Of a stretch of 64,000 nucleotides of DNA, positions 39,022 to 48,642 are shown one piece after another. The stretch covers positions 1,883 through 65,882 of the forward strand of contig SVSI01000011.1 in assembly GCA_015064385.1 (NCBI GenBank). Direction: 5' to 3'. Origin of the DNA: Oscillospiraceae bacterium. Its GTDB lineage: Bacteria; Bacillota; Clostridia; Oscillospirales; CAG-272. The notes beneath the pieces were generated by a model that was not told the DNA's origin, searched no databases, and was given only the letters and a program-made list of their open reading frames with translations. Position 1 is the stretch's first letter; each line of letters starts with the position of its first letter. The translations under genes and the position numbers were made by a program.

Positions 39022-40166
39022 GCGTTAAAACAAACTATCAGAAGGAGCTTGAAAAGCTGCTTGAAAATATCCCGAAAGGGACTCGTCTGCTGCTTCACAG
39101 TTGCTGTGCGCCCTGCTCGTCGTACGTTATATCCTATCTTGCAAATTATCTCGATATTACGGTGTTTTATTATAACCCCAACATAAGCGAGCGCGACGAA
39201 TATCTGAAGCGTGCGGCCGAGCAAAAACGGCTGATAAGCGAGATGCCGACACCTCATAAGGTAGATTTTATCGAGGGCAAGTACGACGGAAAGATCTTCT
39301 TTGACGCAGTGCGCGGATACGAATGCTGCCGCGAGGGAGGAGACAGATGTAAGATCTGCTACCGTCTGCGCCTTGAGGAGACGGCGCTCAAAGCAAAAGA
39401 GCTCGGTTACGACTATTTCTCGACCACGCTTACGATAAGTCCTCTGAAAAACGCGCAGGCGATAAACGAGATAGGAAAAGAGCTTGAAAAGATGCACGGA
39501 GTGAACTGGCTCCCGTCCGATTTCAAGAAAAACGAAGGGTATAAAAAGAGCATCGAGCTCTCTAAAAAATACTCGCTTTACAGACAAAATTACTGCGGCT
39601 GTGTCTTTTCAAAAAGAGAGAGCGGCGAAACGGTGCTTTATGAAAAAACGCTCGCCACTACCGAAATATTTGACGGAAAGATCATCCGCGTAAAACGGGA
39701 CGACGTTCTTCTTTCGGACGGTACGAGCGCTTTCCGCGAGGTGGTCGAGCACAGCGGCGGAGTCTGCGTTGCGCCCCTTATCGAGGACGATAAGCTTATT
39801 TTCGTAAGGCAATTCAGATATCCTCACGGAGAGGTGATTTACGAACTTCCCGCAGGTAAGCTTGAAAAGGGCGAGGATCCCAAAAGTGCAGGACTGCGCG
39901 AGCTCTCCGAGGAAACGGGATATATAAGCGATGATCTTACCGATCTCGGGATACTTTATCCTACACCCGCCTACTGCGGAGAAAAAATATATATGTATCT
40001 TGCGCGCGATATGAAAAAGAGTGAGCAGCATCTCGACACGGGAGAACTCCTTTTTACTGAGGAGATATCTCTTGAACGTGCCACAGAAATGGTAATGCGT
40101 GGCGAGATCAGGGATGCCAAAACTCAGGTTATGGTACTAAAGCTTGCGCGTATGCTTGGCGTATAA
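39018..40166 (+). CDS. queH: Fusion: epoxyqueuosine reductase QueH + ADP-ribose pyrophosphatase-like Nudix hydrolase
   Basis: LLLHSCCAPCS, YNPNI, RC..CY.LRL, STTL.ISP.K and YRQNYCGC, followed in frame by VRQFRYP and Nudix box GKLEKGE...RELSEETG. Confidence 0.85.
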   Translation: MSVKTNYQKELEKLLENIPKGTRLLLHSCCAPCSSYVISYLANYLDITVFYYNPNISERDEYLKRAAEQKRLISEMPTPHKVDFIEGKYDGKIFFDAVRGYECCREGGDRCKICYRLRLEETALKAKELGYDYFSTTLTISPLKNAQAINEIGKELEKMHGVNWLPSDFKKNEGYKKSIELSKKYSLYRQNYCGCVFSKRESGETVLYEKTLATTEIFDGKIIRVKRDDVLLSDGTSAFREVVEHSGGVCVAPLIEDDKLIFVRQFRYPHGEVIYELPAGKLEKGEDPKSAGLRELSEETGYISDDLTDLGILYPTPAYCGEKIYMYLARDMKKSEQHLDTGELLFTEEISLERATEMVMRGEIRDAKTQVMVLKLARMLGV

Positions 40167-40186
40167 AACTAAAAACGGGTGAAAAT

Positions 40187-41077
40187 TCACCCGTTTTTTT
40201 CTTTTATCATTTTTCTGTACTGAAGAGGAGAATATCCGTATTTTTTCTTGAAAAGCGAATAGAGATAGTTTTCTGAGCCGAAGTTTATCTGGTTAGCTAT
40301 GTCGCTTATCTTCATATCGGTATTACGAAGCAAAATTTCGGCAGATGCGAGCTTTTTTTCTATTATTAGATCGCTCAGCGAGCAGCCGTATTCTTTTTTT
40401 ATGATTCTCGCTACCTGTCTCGTTGATAGGAAAACGTGCTCGGCAACGTCAGAGAGGGTTATCTTCTGATAGAACTTGAAGTTTATATATGCCTCAATGT
40501 CGTTTATATGATTGCTGTCGTCCTTTTCAACGTAGGAGTTGACGCTTTCGGGAGCGAGCATACGCATCATTTCGTGGAATACAAGCGAGATGAGAAGCTC
40601 TGCCTCTTTTTCGGACTTGCGGTTGTTTTCCTCGAGCTTTTCAGATATTTTTCGTATGTAGAAGACAATATCGTCGCTTATCGGTGTGTCGCAAACGATA
40701 CCGTTTTCCTCCTTGCCGCTCAGTATCTTCAAAAATGCGGACGGGAGAGTACCTTCCTTGGCGTTTTCAACAGAGAAGAGCAGACAGAAGCATTCGCGGT
40801 TGTTGGGAGTCGTGTAGTGCTTTATTTTGGGCGGGATTATTACGATCTTCCTTTCGTAGAACGTGTTTCCTCGCTCGGTAACGATCTCCAGACTGCCTTC
40901 GGTTACGAAAAATACCTCGTATGTGAAATGTGTGTGTATCGTCTTCATTCGTCCGGGATCGTTGGAGTGCGCCTTTTCGCCGGGAATTCGCGGTGACGGG
41001 CCGGCTATAAATACGTTGAGATGCGATCCGTAAACGTCTATGAAGAACGCTTTTTTTGCTTTGTTTTTCTGTATCAT
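40187..41077 (-). CDS. AraC family regulator (cupin + HTH)
   Basis: HTHFTYEVFFV cupin motif; C-terminal FKKKYGYSPLQYR; divergent from the GH51 gene. Confidence 0.9.
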   Translation of the reverse strand: MIQKNKAKKAFFIDVYGSHLNVFIAGPSPRIPGEKAHSNDPGRMKTIHTHFTYEVFFVTEGSLEIVTERGNTFYERKIVIIPPKIKHYTTPNNRECFCLLFSVENAKEGTLPSAFLKILSGKEENGIVCDTPISDDIVFYIRKISEKLEENNRKSEKEAELLISLVFHEMMRMLAPESVNSYVEKDDSNHINDIEAYINFKFYQKITLSDVAEHVFLSTRQVARIIKKEYGCSLSDLIIEKKLASAEILLRNTDMKISDIANQINFGSENYLYSLFKKKYGYSPLQYRKMIKEKNG

Positions 41078-41239
41078 ACCGGTATTCTACCACATATTTA
41101 AGATTAAATCAACATAAAAAACGAAAAAACTAGAAAAAGAAGACATTTTTATTTGATTTTGTCTCGTGTTTCACTTTACAAGTCGATCGAAATCGTTTAT
41201 AATAAAGATGTAAATTTAAGAAAGGTTGGTTTTTAAGTT

Positions 41240-42694
41240 ATGGTTACTTTGAAAATCGGATCTAAAGACAAGCACACGATATCACCCTATCTCTACATGC
41301 AGTTTATGGAGCCCCTCGGCGTTGCCGACTCCTCGGTTGACGCTGCGTGGAATTTCGAAGAAAACTGCTGGCATCCTCAGGTTATCGATAAGGTAAAGGA
41401 GCTCGCTCCCACGATGGTACGCTTCGGCGGTTGTTTTGCATCATATTACCGCTGGAGAGAAGCGATAGGCAAATATGAAAACAGAATCCCGATGATCAAC
41501 TACTGTTGGGGCGGTCTCTACTCCAACATGGTAGGAACTCACGAGATCGCAGAATTCTGTCAGAGAGTAAACGCTGAGCCCCTTCTCGTAGTCAATATGG
41601 AGTCTGACGGACGTATGCATTGGGCGTACCCTAAAGAGGGAATTGACCGTTTCGGTACCGCGCAGGAGGCGGCAGAGTGGATAGACTACTGTAATAATCC
41701 CGATAACGCACTTCGTATTGCAAACGGAGCAGAGAAGCCCTTCAACATCAAGTATTGGCAGATCGGTAACGAGACCTCCTACGATAAGCGCGGATTTAAC
41801 AGCGATCAGTGTATTGAGGTTACAAAGCGCTTCATTGATCCTATGAGAGCGGCAGATCCCTCGATCAAGCTTATCGGATGGGGTGACGATCCCGTAAATA
41901 GAGAGCAGGCACAGATAGACGGAAACTGGTGTAAAAAGATGAGCGAGGTTGACGGGATCGACATGATCGCATTCCACCATCACTTTAACTCCGGACTTCC
42001 GGATTCTCCGCTCACAGGAACCAAATATAGAGAAGATCCCGACAACTCGTGGCTCCATATGATGAACGCGTATAAGTCTCTCGAGACGCATATCGCCAAG
42101 ATGAGAGCACAGTGCGGAAACAAGCGTCTTGCTATGACCGAGGGACATTATCAGCTCCCCGGCAGAAACAGATGTGAGGTCCTTTCCTCTTGGATGGCAG
42201 GTGTTTCTTACGCGAGATGCCTTAACGTGCTTATGCGTAACAGCGACGTGCTCGATATAGCAACGATGGCAGACTTCTTCGGTAACGTATGGCAGGTAAA
42301 CGCTCTTATGATCCCTACGCCCATCACGTGGAAGCCCGGATTCCCCTACCTCCAGCCCGTAGGTGCGGTTATGAGTCTGTTCGCGCATCATCAGGGTAAA
42401 AACGAGGTCGATATCTCCTATAACGGAGCAGTTGACGCAGTTGCATCCAAGACCGACAACAAGATATTCATTCATATCGCAAATACCGATATGCACTATG
42501 CACAGACGCTTGATCTCGACCTTGACGGCAAGGAGATCGAAAGCGCAAAGATGTTCTATATAGCAGAAGATCCCACTCTCGAGATCACTCCTCTTAACTA
42601 CGACTGCTTCCCTGTAAGAGAGCTTGATATTCAGGGCGGTAAGGTAGAGCTTCCCGCAGCGGCGGTAGCGGCTATTGAGATCACTCTTAAATAA
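41240..42694 (+). CDS. GH51 alpha-L-arabinofuranosidase-like
   Basis: ISPYLY.QFME, RFGGCFAS.Y.W, YWQIGNE (acid/base) and AMTE (nucleophile) motifs. Confidence 0.85.
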   Translation: MVTLKIGSKDKHTISPYLYMQFMEPLGVADSSVDAAWNFEENCWHPQVIDKVKELAPTMVRFGGCFASYYRWREAIGKYENRIPMINYCWGGLYSNMVGTHEIAEFCQRVNAEPLLVVNMESDGRMHWAYPKEGIDRFGTAQEAAEWIDYCNNPDNALRIANGAEKPFNIKYWQIGNETSYDKRGFNSDQCIEVTKRFIDPMRAADPSIKLIGWGDDPVNREQAQIDGNWCKKMSEVDGIDMIAFHHHFNSGLPDSPLTGTKYREDPDNSWLHMMNAYKSLETHIAKMRAQCGNKRLAMTEGHYQLPGRNRCEVLSSWMAGVSYARCLNVLMRNSDVLDIATMADFFGNVWQVNALMIPTPITWKPGFPYLQPVGAVMSLFAHHQGKNEVDISYNGAVDAVASKTDNKIFIHIANTDMHYAQTLDLDLDGKEIESAKMFYIAEDPTLEITPLNYDCFPVRELDIQGGKVELPAAAVAAIEITLK

Positions 42695-42714
42695 TTTGAA
42701 AGGTAAAAACGTTT

Positions 42715-44475
42715 ATGAAAAGAATCTTTTCTATGCTGATATGCTTGGCTACGCTTTTAACGCTCGTTCTCTCGTTTTCGGCTTGTAAGCCCGACGAGGA
42801 GCCCGAAGAACAGGTTGGCTTTGACATATCCGGTTATACCATAGTTTACCCCAATCGCTCGGACGAGAGTCTTGAGAAGGCATCTCTTGCAATTAAAAAG
42901 AGAATTGCCGAAAGCACGGGAGTAACTCTTGACGTCAAGGACGACTCGGCTAAGGTAAGTGAAAAGGAGATCCTCGTTGGTAACACTGACCGCCCCGAGA
43001 CTGCAGCGGCAAGAGCAAAGCTTGACACTACCTCTAATGATAAGGCGTACGTAATTGAGGTAAATGCGGGTAAAATAGTAATAGTCGGTAAGAACGCCGA
43101 TATTACCGTGCGCGCACTCAAATATTTCGCTACAAACTTCGTTTCCACCTCTCAGAGAGAGGGAACCATAAATATTGACGCCTCTTACAGCAAGGGTGGT
43201 CTCGCAAATACCTCGACCAAAATTATGCCCGAAAATCTCATAGAGTTTTCGTTCGGCAAGCAGACCACGATGTATGGAGACAAGATATCGCACCAATCCG
43301 GGACATTTTCGTATCCTAAGCTTATAGAGCTTCAGTATCAGGCGAATGCTGCCGATAACGGAATTCTGATAGCAACTCTCAACGAAGGCGGCTCATCATA
43401 TCCTATACTGACAAGCACCGATAAGGGAGCTACCTGGAATAGGATAACGAATGTGTCCGATACTATCAACGAAGATAATAAAATCTTTGGCGGACGTATG
43501 CCGTTCCTCTATGAAATGCCCGTGGATATGGGAAATTTCAAAAAAGGAGATATTATTCTTGCAGGCACCTCGAGTGACGGAAACAGTGGCAACGTTAATC
43601 TGTCTTCCATTACTCTCTATGTTTCTAAGGACGTTGGAAAGACGTGGACCACGCTTTATAATATCGACTACGGCGGAGGACAGTTCTATGACGGCGTGCA
43701 GGTTGACCTCGGAGTTTGGGAGCCCTATCTCATTTACGATAACGGAAGGATATACTGCTTCTATTCGGACGACTCGGATCCCGACCACGACCAGAAGCTC
43801 GTTTACAAATACACCACGGACATGGAAAACTGGGTTGGTAAGGAGGGAATCAAAGGTCCCCACGGAGCAGACGGCGATCCCTTTGAAATAGTTTGCTGTG
43901 AGGATAAGGACTACCGTCCCGGAATGATCTCGGTCGTTAAGATGAACAACGGTGAGTTCTACGCGGTTTACGATATAGTCGTTTACGCGCCCGGAAGACC
44001 TAACGGAAAAATTGAGGTTGACGGAGTCACTTACACGCACTCTCCCGACCTTTATAAGAAATCCACCTCGCTCGATAACTGGGACATTGCACATCCCGGA
44101 ACCGTTCCTCAGCTTCCCGACGGACGTTACACCGGTCTTTCGCCTTGGGTAACCTATTCGCCCACGATCGGAAAAACGGGTATGCTCGTAGTTTACGGAA
44201 GAACTTGGGCGAGCACGGATAAGAGCCAGACAGATCTCTTCCTCAGTTTCGACTACGGCGAGACCTATATAGGACTTGAAAATCCCTTCAAATACAGTGT
44301 TGATCCCAAAGATGGTATGGAGGCAAAGGACGGTTCTTACACCAACCAAAGCGGATATTCGCCCTCTCTGTCCTTCTCGGCAGACGGAAAGACACTTTAC
44401 TATGCTACCGGCATTATCAATAAGGCAAAGCTCGGCTACAGCATTGAGTTCATTGCGATAGACATCATTTACTAA
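42715..44475 (+). CDS. Lipoprotein: N-terminal accessory domain + GH93-like beta-propeller (fifth paralogue)
   Basis: Lipobox FSAC; ILVGNTDR N-domain; Asp-boxes, GVWEPY, RPGM. Confidence 0.7.
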   Translation: MKRIFSMLICLATLLTLVLSFSACKPDEEPEEQVGFDISGYTIVYPNRSDESLEKASLAIKKRIAESTGVTLDVKDDSAKVSEKEILVGNTDRPETAAARAKLDTTSNDKAYVIEVNAGKIVIVGKNADITVRALKYFATNFVSTSQREGTINIDASYSKGGLANTSTKIMPENLIEFSFGKQTTMYGDKISHQSGTFSYPKLIELQYQANAADNGILIATLNEGGSSYPILTSTDKGATWNRITNVSDTINEDNKIFGGRMPFLYEMPVDMGNFKKGDIILAGTSSDGNSGNVNLSSITLYVSKDVGKTWTTLYNIDYGGGQFYDGVQVDLGVWEPYLIYDNGRIYCFYSDDSDPDHDQKLVYKYTTDMENWVGKEGIKGPHGADGDPFEIVCCEDKDYRPGMISVVKMNNGEFYAVYDIVVYAPGRPNGKIEVDGVTYTHSPDLYKKSTSLDNWDIAHPGTVPQLPDGRYTGLSPWVTYSPTIGKTGMLVVYGRTWASTDKSQTDLFLSFDYGETYIGLENPFKYSVDPKDGMEAKDGSYTNQSGYSPSLSFSADGKTLYYATGIINKAKLGYSIEFIAIDIIY

Positions 44476-44571
44476 AATAAAAACGAAAAATCCGATGCGT
44501 TCGGATTTTTCGTTTTTTATATTGCAATTTGTCGTAAAAACTATTATAATGTCAAACAGGAGGGATATAGT

Positions 44572-45441
44572 ATGATCTGGATATTTACAGCCGTTCTTTC
44601 CGCTTTCTTTGCGGGACTTACTTCAATACTCGCAAAATGCGGTATAAAAAAGACCGATTCCGATCTTGCCACCGCACTTCGCACGGGAGTTGTTTTCGGA
44701 TTTGCCTGGATAATGGTATTTATAGTGGGATCGCATACGGGTATTGGTGATATAAGTACTCGTTCGCTGATCTTCCTTATTCTTTCCGGACTTGCAACGG
44801 GTGCTTCGTGGATGTGTTATTTCAGAGCACTCTCGATGGGAGATATCAATAAGGTCGTTCCCATTGATAAATCAAGCACTATTCTTACGGTGCTTCTTGC
44901 CGTGATAGTATTTCATGAGCGTACAAATCTTGCCGTTAAGCTCATAGCGACCGTAGTTTTGGCGCTTGGAATATTTCTTATGATAGAAAAGAAAAAGAGC
45001 TCGGAAGGCACTAAAAGCCGCGCTTGGATGATATACGCCGTCCTTTCGGCTCTTTTTGCTGCCCTTACGTCTATTCTCGCGAAGGTCGGAATTGATGGAG
45101 TTGAGTCGAATCTCGGTACAGCTATCCGTACCGGAGTAGTTTTACTTATGTCGTGGATCATAGTGTTCTCGCGCGGTAAACAAACCGGTCTGCAGACTAT
45201 TGATAAAAGAGAGATACTCTTTATATGTCTTTCCGGAATAGCAACGGGTGCATCCTGGTTATGCTATTATCACGCAATACAAAACGGAGACGTCAGCGTG
45301 GTCGTTCCCATTGATAAGCTGAGCATACTCGTAACCGTGGCGTTCTCTTGGGTTGTCTTTAAGGAAAAGCTGTCCGCCAAATCCTTTGTCGGACTTTGCC
45401 TTATGGTCGCGGGCACACTGCTTATGGTATTTTTCAAATAA
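44572..45441 (+). CDS. EamA/DMT family transporter
   Basis: Two internal repeats of SA.FA.LTSILAK...LSG.ATGASW.CY...VVPIDK. Confidence 0.9.
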   Translation: MIWIFTAVLSAFFAGLTSILAKCGIKKTDSDLATALRTGVVFGFAWIMVFIVGSHTGIGDISTRSLIFLILSGLATGASWMCYFRALSMGDINKVVPIDKSSTILTVLLAVIVFHERTNLAVKLIATVVLALGIFLMIEKKKSSEGTKSRAWMIYAVLSALFAALTSILAKVGIDGVESNLGTAIRTGVVLLMSWIIVFSRGKQTGLQTIDKREILFICLSGIATGASWLCYYHAIQNGDVSVVVPIDKLSILVTVAFSWVVFKEKLSAKSFVGLCLMVAGTLLMVFFK

Positions 45442-45505
45442 AATCAAAAAACGAATGGATTTTTTTGTAAAAGCGTGATATAATAACCAAAGTGGAGGTT
45501 ATAAA

Positions 45506-46540
45506 ATGAAAATTGCTTTTTTTGATACAAAGCCCTACGATAAGCCGTCGTTCGATAAGTACGGAGAAAAAATGGGCGTTTCTTTCAAATATTTTGAAAC
45601 TAAACTCACCGAGGATACAGCAGGTCTTGCAAACGGATTTGACGGAGTGTGCGTTTTCGTCAACGACGTCGTAAACGCAAAGGTCATTGATAAGCTTTGC
45701 GAGATGGGCGTTAAGATAGTAGCACTGCGATGCGCGGGATTTAATAACGTAGATATGAAATACGCGTTCGGAAAGGTACACGTTCTGCGCGTTCCCGCGT
45801 ACTCACCTTACGCGGTCGCGGAGCATACGATGGCTCTTCTTCTCACCTCGATAAGACGCATCCATAAGGCGTATATAAGAACGAGAGACTTCAATTTCTC
45901 GCTCGCGGGCATGACCGGATTTGATCTTCACGGCAAGACGGTCGGAATTATCGGAACGGGTAAGATCGGACGCGTTTTTGCCGATATCTGCCGCGGATTC
46001 GGCATGAAGATACTCGCCTACGATAAGTATCCCTCAGATAATTTTGCTGACGGTGATAATATAAAATACGTAACTCTCGACGAGCTTTTTGCAGGCAGTG
46101 ATATAATCTCTCTGCATTGTCCTCTTACCGATGAGACGCATCATATAATCAGCGAGGAGTCGATAGAAAAATGCAAACGCGGAGTGGTCATACTGAACAC
46201 CTCGCGCGGAGCGCTCGTTGACTCGGAGGCGCTTCTTGCGGCAATAAAGTCGCGTAAGGTCGGAGCCGCTTGTCTTGACGTTTACGAGGAGGAATCCGAT
46301 TTCTTCTTTGAGGACTTCTCGGGACACATTCTCGAGGACGATACGCTTGCTCGTCTTATCTCGATGCCTAACGTTATCGTTACCTCGCATCAGGCGTTCC
46401 TTACCGAGGAGGCGCTGTCGAATATTGCCGAAACTACCGTTCAAAACATCGTTGATATGATAGAAGAAGAGCAGTGTGAAAACGAGCTCTGCTACCGCGG
46501 CGGAAGTGCAAAGGACTGTAAAAACGGCAAATGCTTTTAG
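45506..46540 (+). CDS. ldhA: D-isomer 2-hydroxyacid (D-lactate) dehydrogenase
   Basis: ALRCAGFNNVD, VPAYSPYAVAEH, GTGKIG, NTSRG, DVYE.E and HQAF motifs. Confidence 0.85.
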   Translation: MKIAFFDTKPYDKPSFDKYGEKMGVSFKYFETKLTEDTAGLANGFDGVCVFVNDVVNAKVIDKLCEMGVKIVALRCAGFNNVDMKYAFGKVHVLRVPAYSPYAVAEHTMALLLTSIRRIHKAYIRTRDFNFSLAGMTGFDLHGKTVGIIGTGKIGRVFADICRGFGMKILAYDKYPSDNFADGDNIKYVTLDELFAGSDIISLHCPLTDETHHIISEESIEKCKRGVVILNTSRGALVDSEALLAAIKSRKVGAACLDVYEEESDFFFEDFSGHILEDDTLARLISMPNVIVTSHQAFLTEEALSNIAETTVQNIVDMIEEEQCENELCYRGGSAKDCKNGKCF

Positions 46541-46576
46541 CATTCACAATAATCACAGAAAGGTAGTTGTAAAGTA

Positions 46577-47329
46577 ATGGATATCGTTTTGCTTACAGCA
46601 CTGGGCGTAGGAAGTGCGACCGTTATCGGAGCGCTTATCGGTTTCGCATTTAAGAAGATATCGCATAAGTTTTCCGATATAGTTCTTTCGTTTGCAGCGG
46701 GCGTAATGCTTGCCGCCGCAGTGCTCGGACTCGTTATACCGTCTATCGAATACGGCGGAAAGTACGGAATATTGATCACGGTCGTCGGCATTTTTGTCGG
46801 CGCACTCTGTCTTAACTTGATTGATAAGATAGTACCTCACCTTCACAAAATGATCGGTCCCGATATAGAGGATCACAATAAGACGGGACTTAATAAGGTG
46901 CTCCTTTTCGTTACCGCGATCGCGATACATAATCTGCCCGAGGGAATTGCCGCAGGCGTCGGATTCGGATCGGAAAATACCGCGCAGGCGCTCGTTATTG
47001 CGGGCGGTATCGCGCTTCAGAACATACCCGAGGGAATGGTAATAATCGGACCTATGCTCGCCGCAGGCGTAAAGCCGTCAAGGACGTTTATTATAGCAAT
47101 GCTGACCGGTGTGATCGAGGTCATCGGTACGCTTATAGGTTATTTTGCTGTAAGTGTCGCGTCGGTGATACTCCCGTTTGCTCTTGCTTTTGCGGGCGGA
47201 ACGATGCTTTACGTTATCAGCGACGAAATGATTCCCGAGACGCACGCGCACGGCTCTGAAAGTGGAGCGACCTTTGCGCTTCTCGTTGGATTTTGCGTTA
47301 TGCTCGTCACCGACGTGCTGCTGGGGTAA
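46577..47329 (+). CDS. ZIP family metal transporter (second copy)
   Basis: HNLPEG, QNIPEG and EMIPE motifs. Confidence 0.9.
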   Translation: MDIVLLTALGVGSATVIGALIGFAFKKISHKFSDIVLSFAAGVMLAAAVLGLVIPSIEYGGKYGILITVVGIFVGALCLNLIDKIVPHLHKMIGPDIEDHNKTGLNKVLLFVTAIAIHNLPEGIAAGVGFGSENTAQALVIAGGIALQNIPEGMVIIGPMLAAGVKPSRTFIIAMLTGVIEVIGTLIGYFAVSVASVILPFALAFAGGTMLYVISDEMIPETHAHGSESGATFALLVGFCVMLVTDVLLG

Positions 47330-47399
47330 GTTTTAACGGCAAACCCCGAAAAAACTTTCGGATTTTTACAAAAATACGGTAAAAATATGAAAAAAAGAC

Positions 47400-47428
47400 T
47401 TGACAAACGGTAAAATCAATGTTATAAT
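47400..47428 (+). promoter_or_regulatory. sigmaA promoter of the rplU operon
   Basis: TTGACA-17-TATAAT. Confidence 0.85.
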
Positions 47429-47431
47429 GAT

Positions 47432-47492
47432 TTGCCGCTTGAATTGAAGGTCAAAAATGGTATTAAAAACCTACCTTTATCAGCGAGTCTTG
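47432..47492 (+). ncRNA. Probable L21 ribosomal protein leader
   Basis: CCGC...AGGT...ACCT...GCGAGTCT arrangement in the rplU 5' UTR resembles the Bacillota L21 leader; boundaries approximate. Confidence 0.5.
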
Positions 47493-47531
47493 CGCCCAAA
47501 AGTGGTGCTTAAAGAAAGAGAGGTGCTTTTC

Positions 47532-47846
47532 GTGTACGCAGTTTTTGAGACAGGCGGAAAGCAGTACAAGGTAAACGAAGGCGATGTAATTTTCATCGAA
47601 CGTCTTGAGGCTTCCGAAGGCGATACTGTAAAGTTCGACAAGGTTCTCGTAGTTTCTGATAACGACGGTCTTAAGGTTGGCGCTCCTTACGTTGACGGCG
47701 CAGCTGTAAACGCAGTTGTTGTTAAGAACGGTAAGGCCCCCAAGATATACGTTATGACGTATAAGCCGAAGAAGAACGAGAAAAAGAAGATCGGTCACAG
47801 ACAGCCTTACACCAAGGTTCAGATCAGCTCTATCGCTGCTAACTGA
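47532..47846 (+). CDS. rplU: 50S ribosomal protein L21
   Basis: GTG start after GAGGTG; YAVFETGGKQYKV and GHRQPYT motifs. Confidence 0.96.
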   Translation: MYAVFETGGKQYKVNEGDVIFIERLEASEGDTVKFDKVLVVSDNDGLKVGAPYVDGAAVNAVVVKNGKAPKIYVMTYKPKKNEKKKIGHRQPYTKVQISSIAAN

Positions 47847-47860
47847 GCAAACGAAAAAAG

Positions 47861-48214
47861 ATGACTACCATCACTTTTTTCAAAAAGAACGGAGTTTATT
47901 ACGGCTTTAAGGAAACCGGACATTCCGGCTTTGCAGAAGAGGGAAACGACATTGTATGTTCGGCGCTCTCGGCAATGACGATGCTGATAATAAACGCCAT
48001 TGAAGTCTCGTACGCTTCAGACGTTGATTATAAGATCGACGAAAAAACCACCGATATTACGGTTATGGCAAAGGCGGCGCTTCCTACCGAGGAAAGCGAC
48101 GAGAAAAAGCAGTACGCCGTATCGGGACTCTTCTACGCATATTATCTGCAGCTTTGCGATCTGCTGGAAGATTACTACGATTTTATCGACGTTAAAGAAG
48201 TAGAGCTCGACTGA
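47861..48214 (+). CDS. prp: Ribosomal-processing cysteine protease Prp
   Basis: GHSG...G.DIVCSALS motif; located between rplU and rpmA. Confidence 0.92.
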   Translation: MTTITFFKKNGVYYGFKETGHSGFAEEGNDIVCSALSAMTMLIINAIEVSYASDVDYKIDEKTTDITVMAKAALPTEESDEKKQYAVSGLFYAYYLQLCDLLEDYYDFIDVKEVELD

Positions 48215-48266
48215 GGAAAAGAAATTTTCCGAAAATTACAAAGTTTACATGAAAGGAACTAAGACA

Positions 48267-48545
48267 ATGTTCAGAATTAGCTTACAGTTCTTCGCTCATA
48301 AGAAGGGTGTTGGTTCGACCAAGAACGGTCGTGACAGCGAATCCAAGCGTCTTGGTGTTAAGAAGGCAGACGGACAGTCCGTAATCGCAGGTAACATCAT
48401 CGTAAGACAGCGCGGAACTCATATTCATCCCGGCAACAACGTCGGACGCGGATCTGACGATACTCTTTACGCTCTTATCGACGGAAAGGTAAAGTTCGAA
48501 CAGATCGCAAAGGACAGAAAGTGCGTTAGCGTTTACGCTGACTGA
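48267..48545 (+). CDS. rpmA: 50S ribosomal protein L27 with Prp-cleaved N-terminal extension
   Basis: [24 protein letters not shown] and RQRGT motifs. Confidence 0.97.
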   Translation: MFRISLQFFAHKKGVGSTKNGRDSESKRLGVKKADGQSVIAGNIIVRQRGTHIHPGNNVGRGSDDTLYALIDGKVKFEQIAKDRKCVSVYAD

Positions 48546-48642
48546 TTTTCGTCATAGAAAACGAGTATTCGACACAAAAGCCGCAGAAGGGCAGATTATG
48601 CCGTTTTGGGGCTTTTTGTTTTAAGTTTTGGAGATTTTAGCT

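Noticed and set aside
41441-44349. Long antisense ORFs (e.g. 41441..42496, 43396..44349; also 3918..5120, 7024..8217, 55680..57053)
   Set aside because: They are shadow ORFs opposite well-supported genes, with no recognisable motifs.
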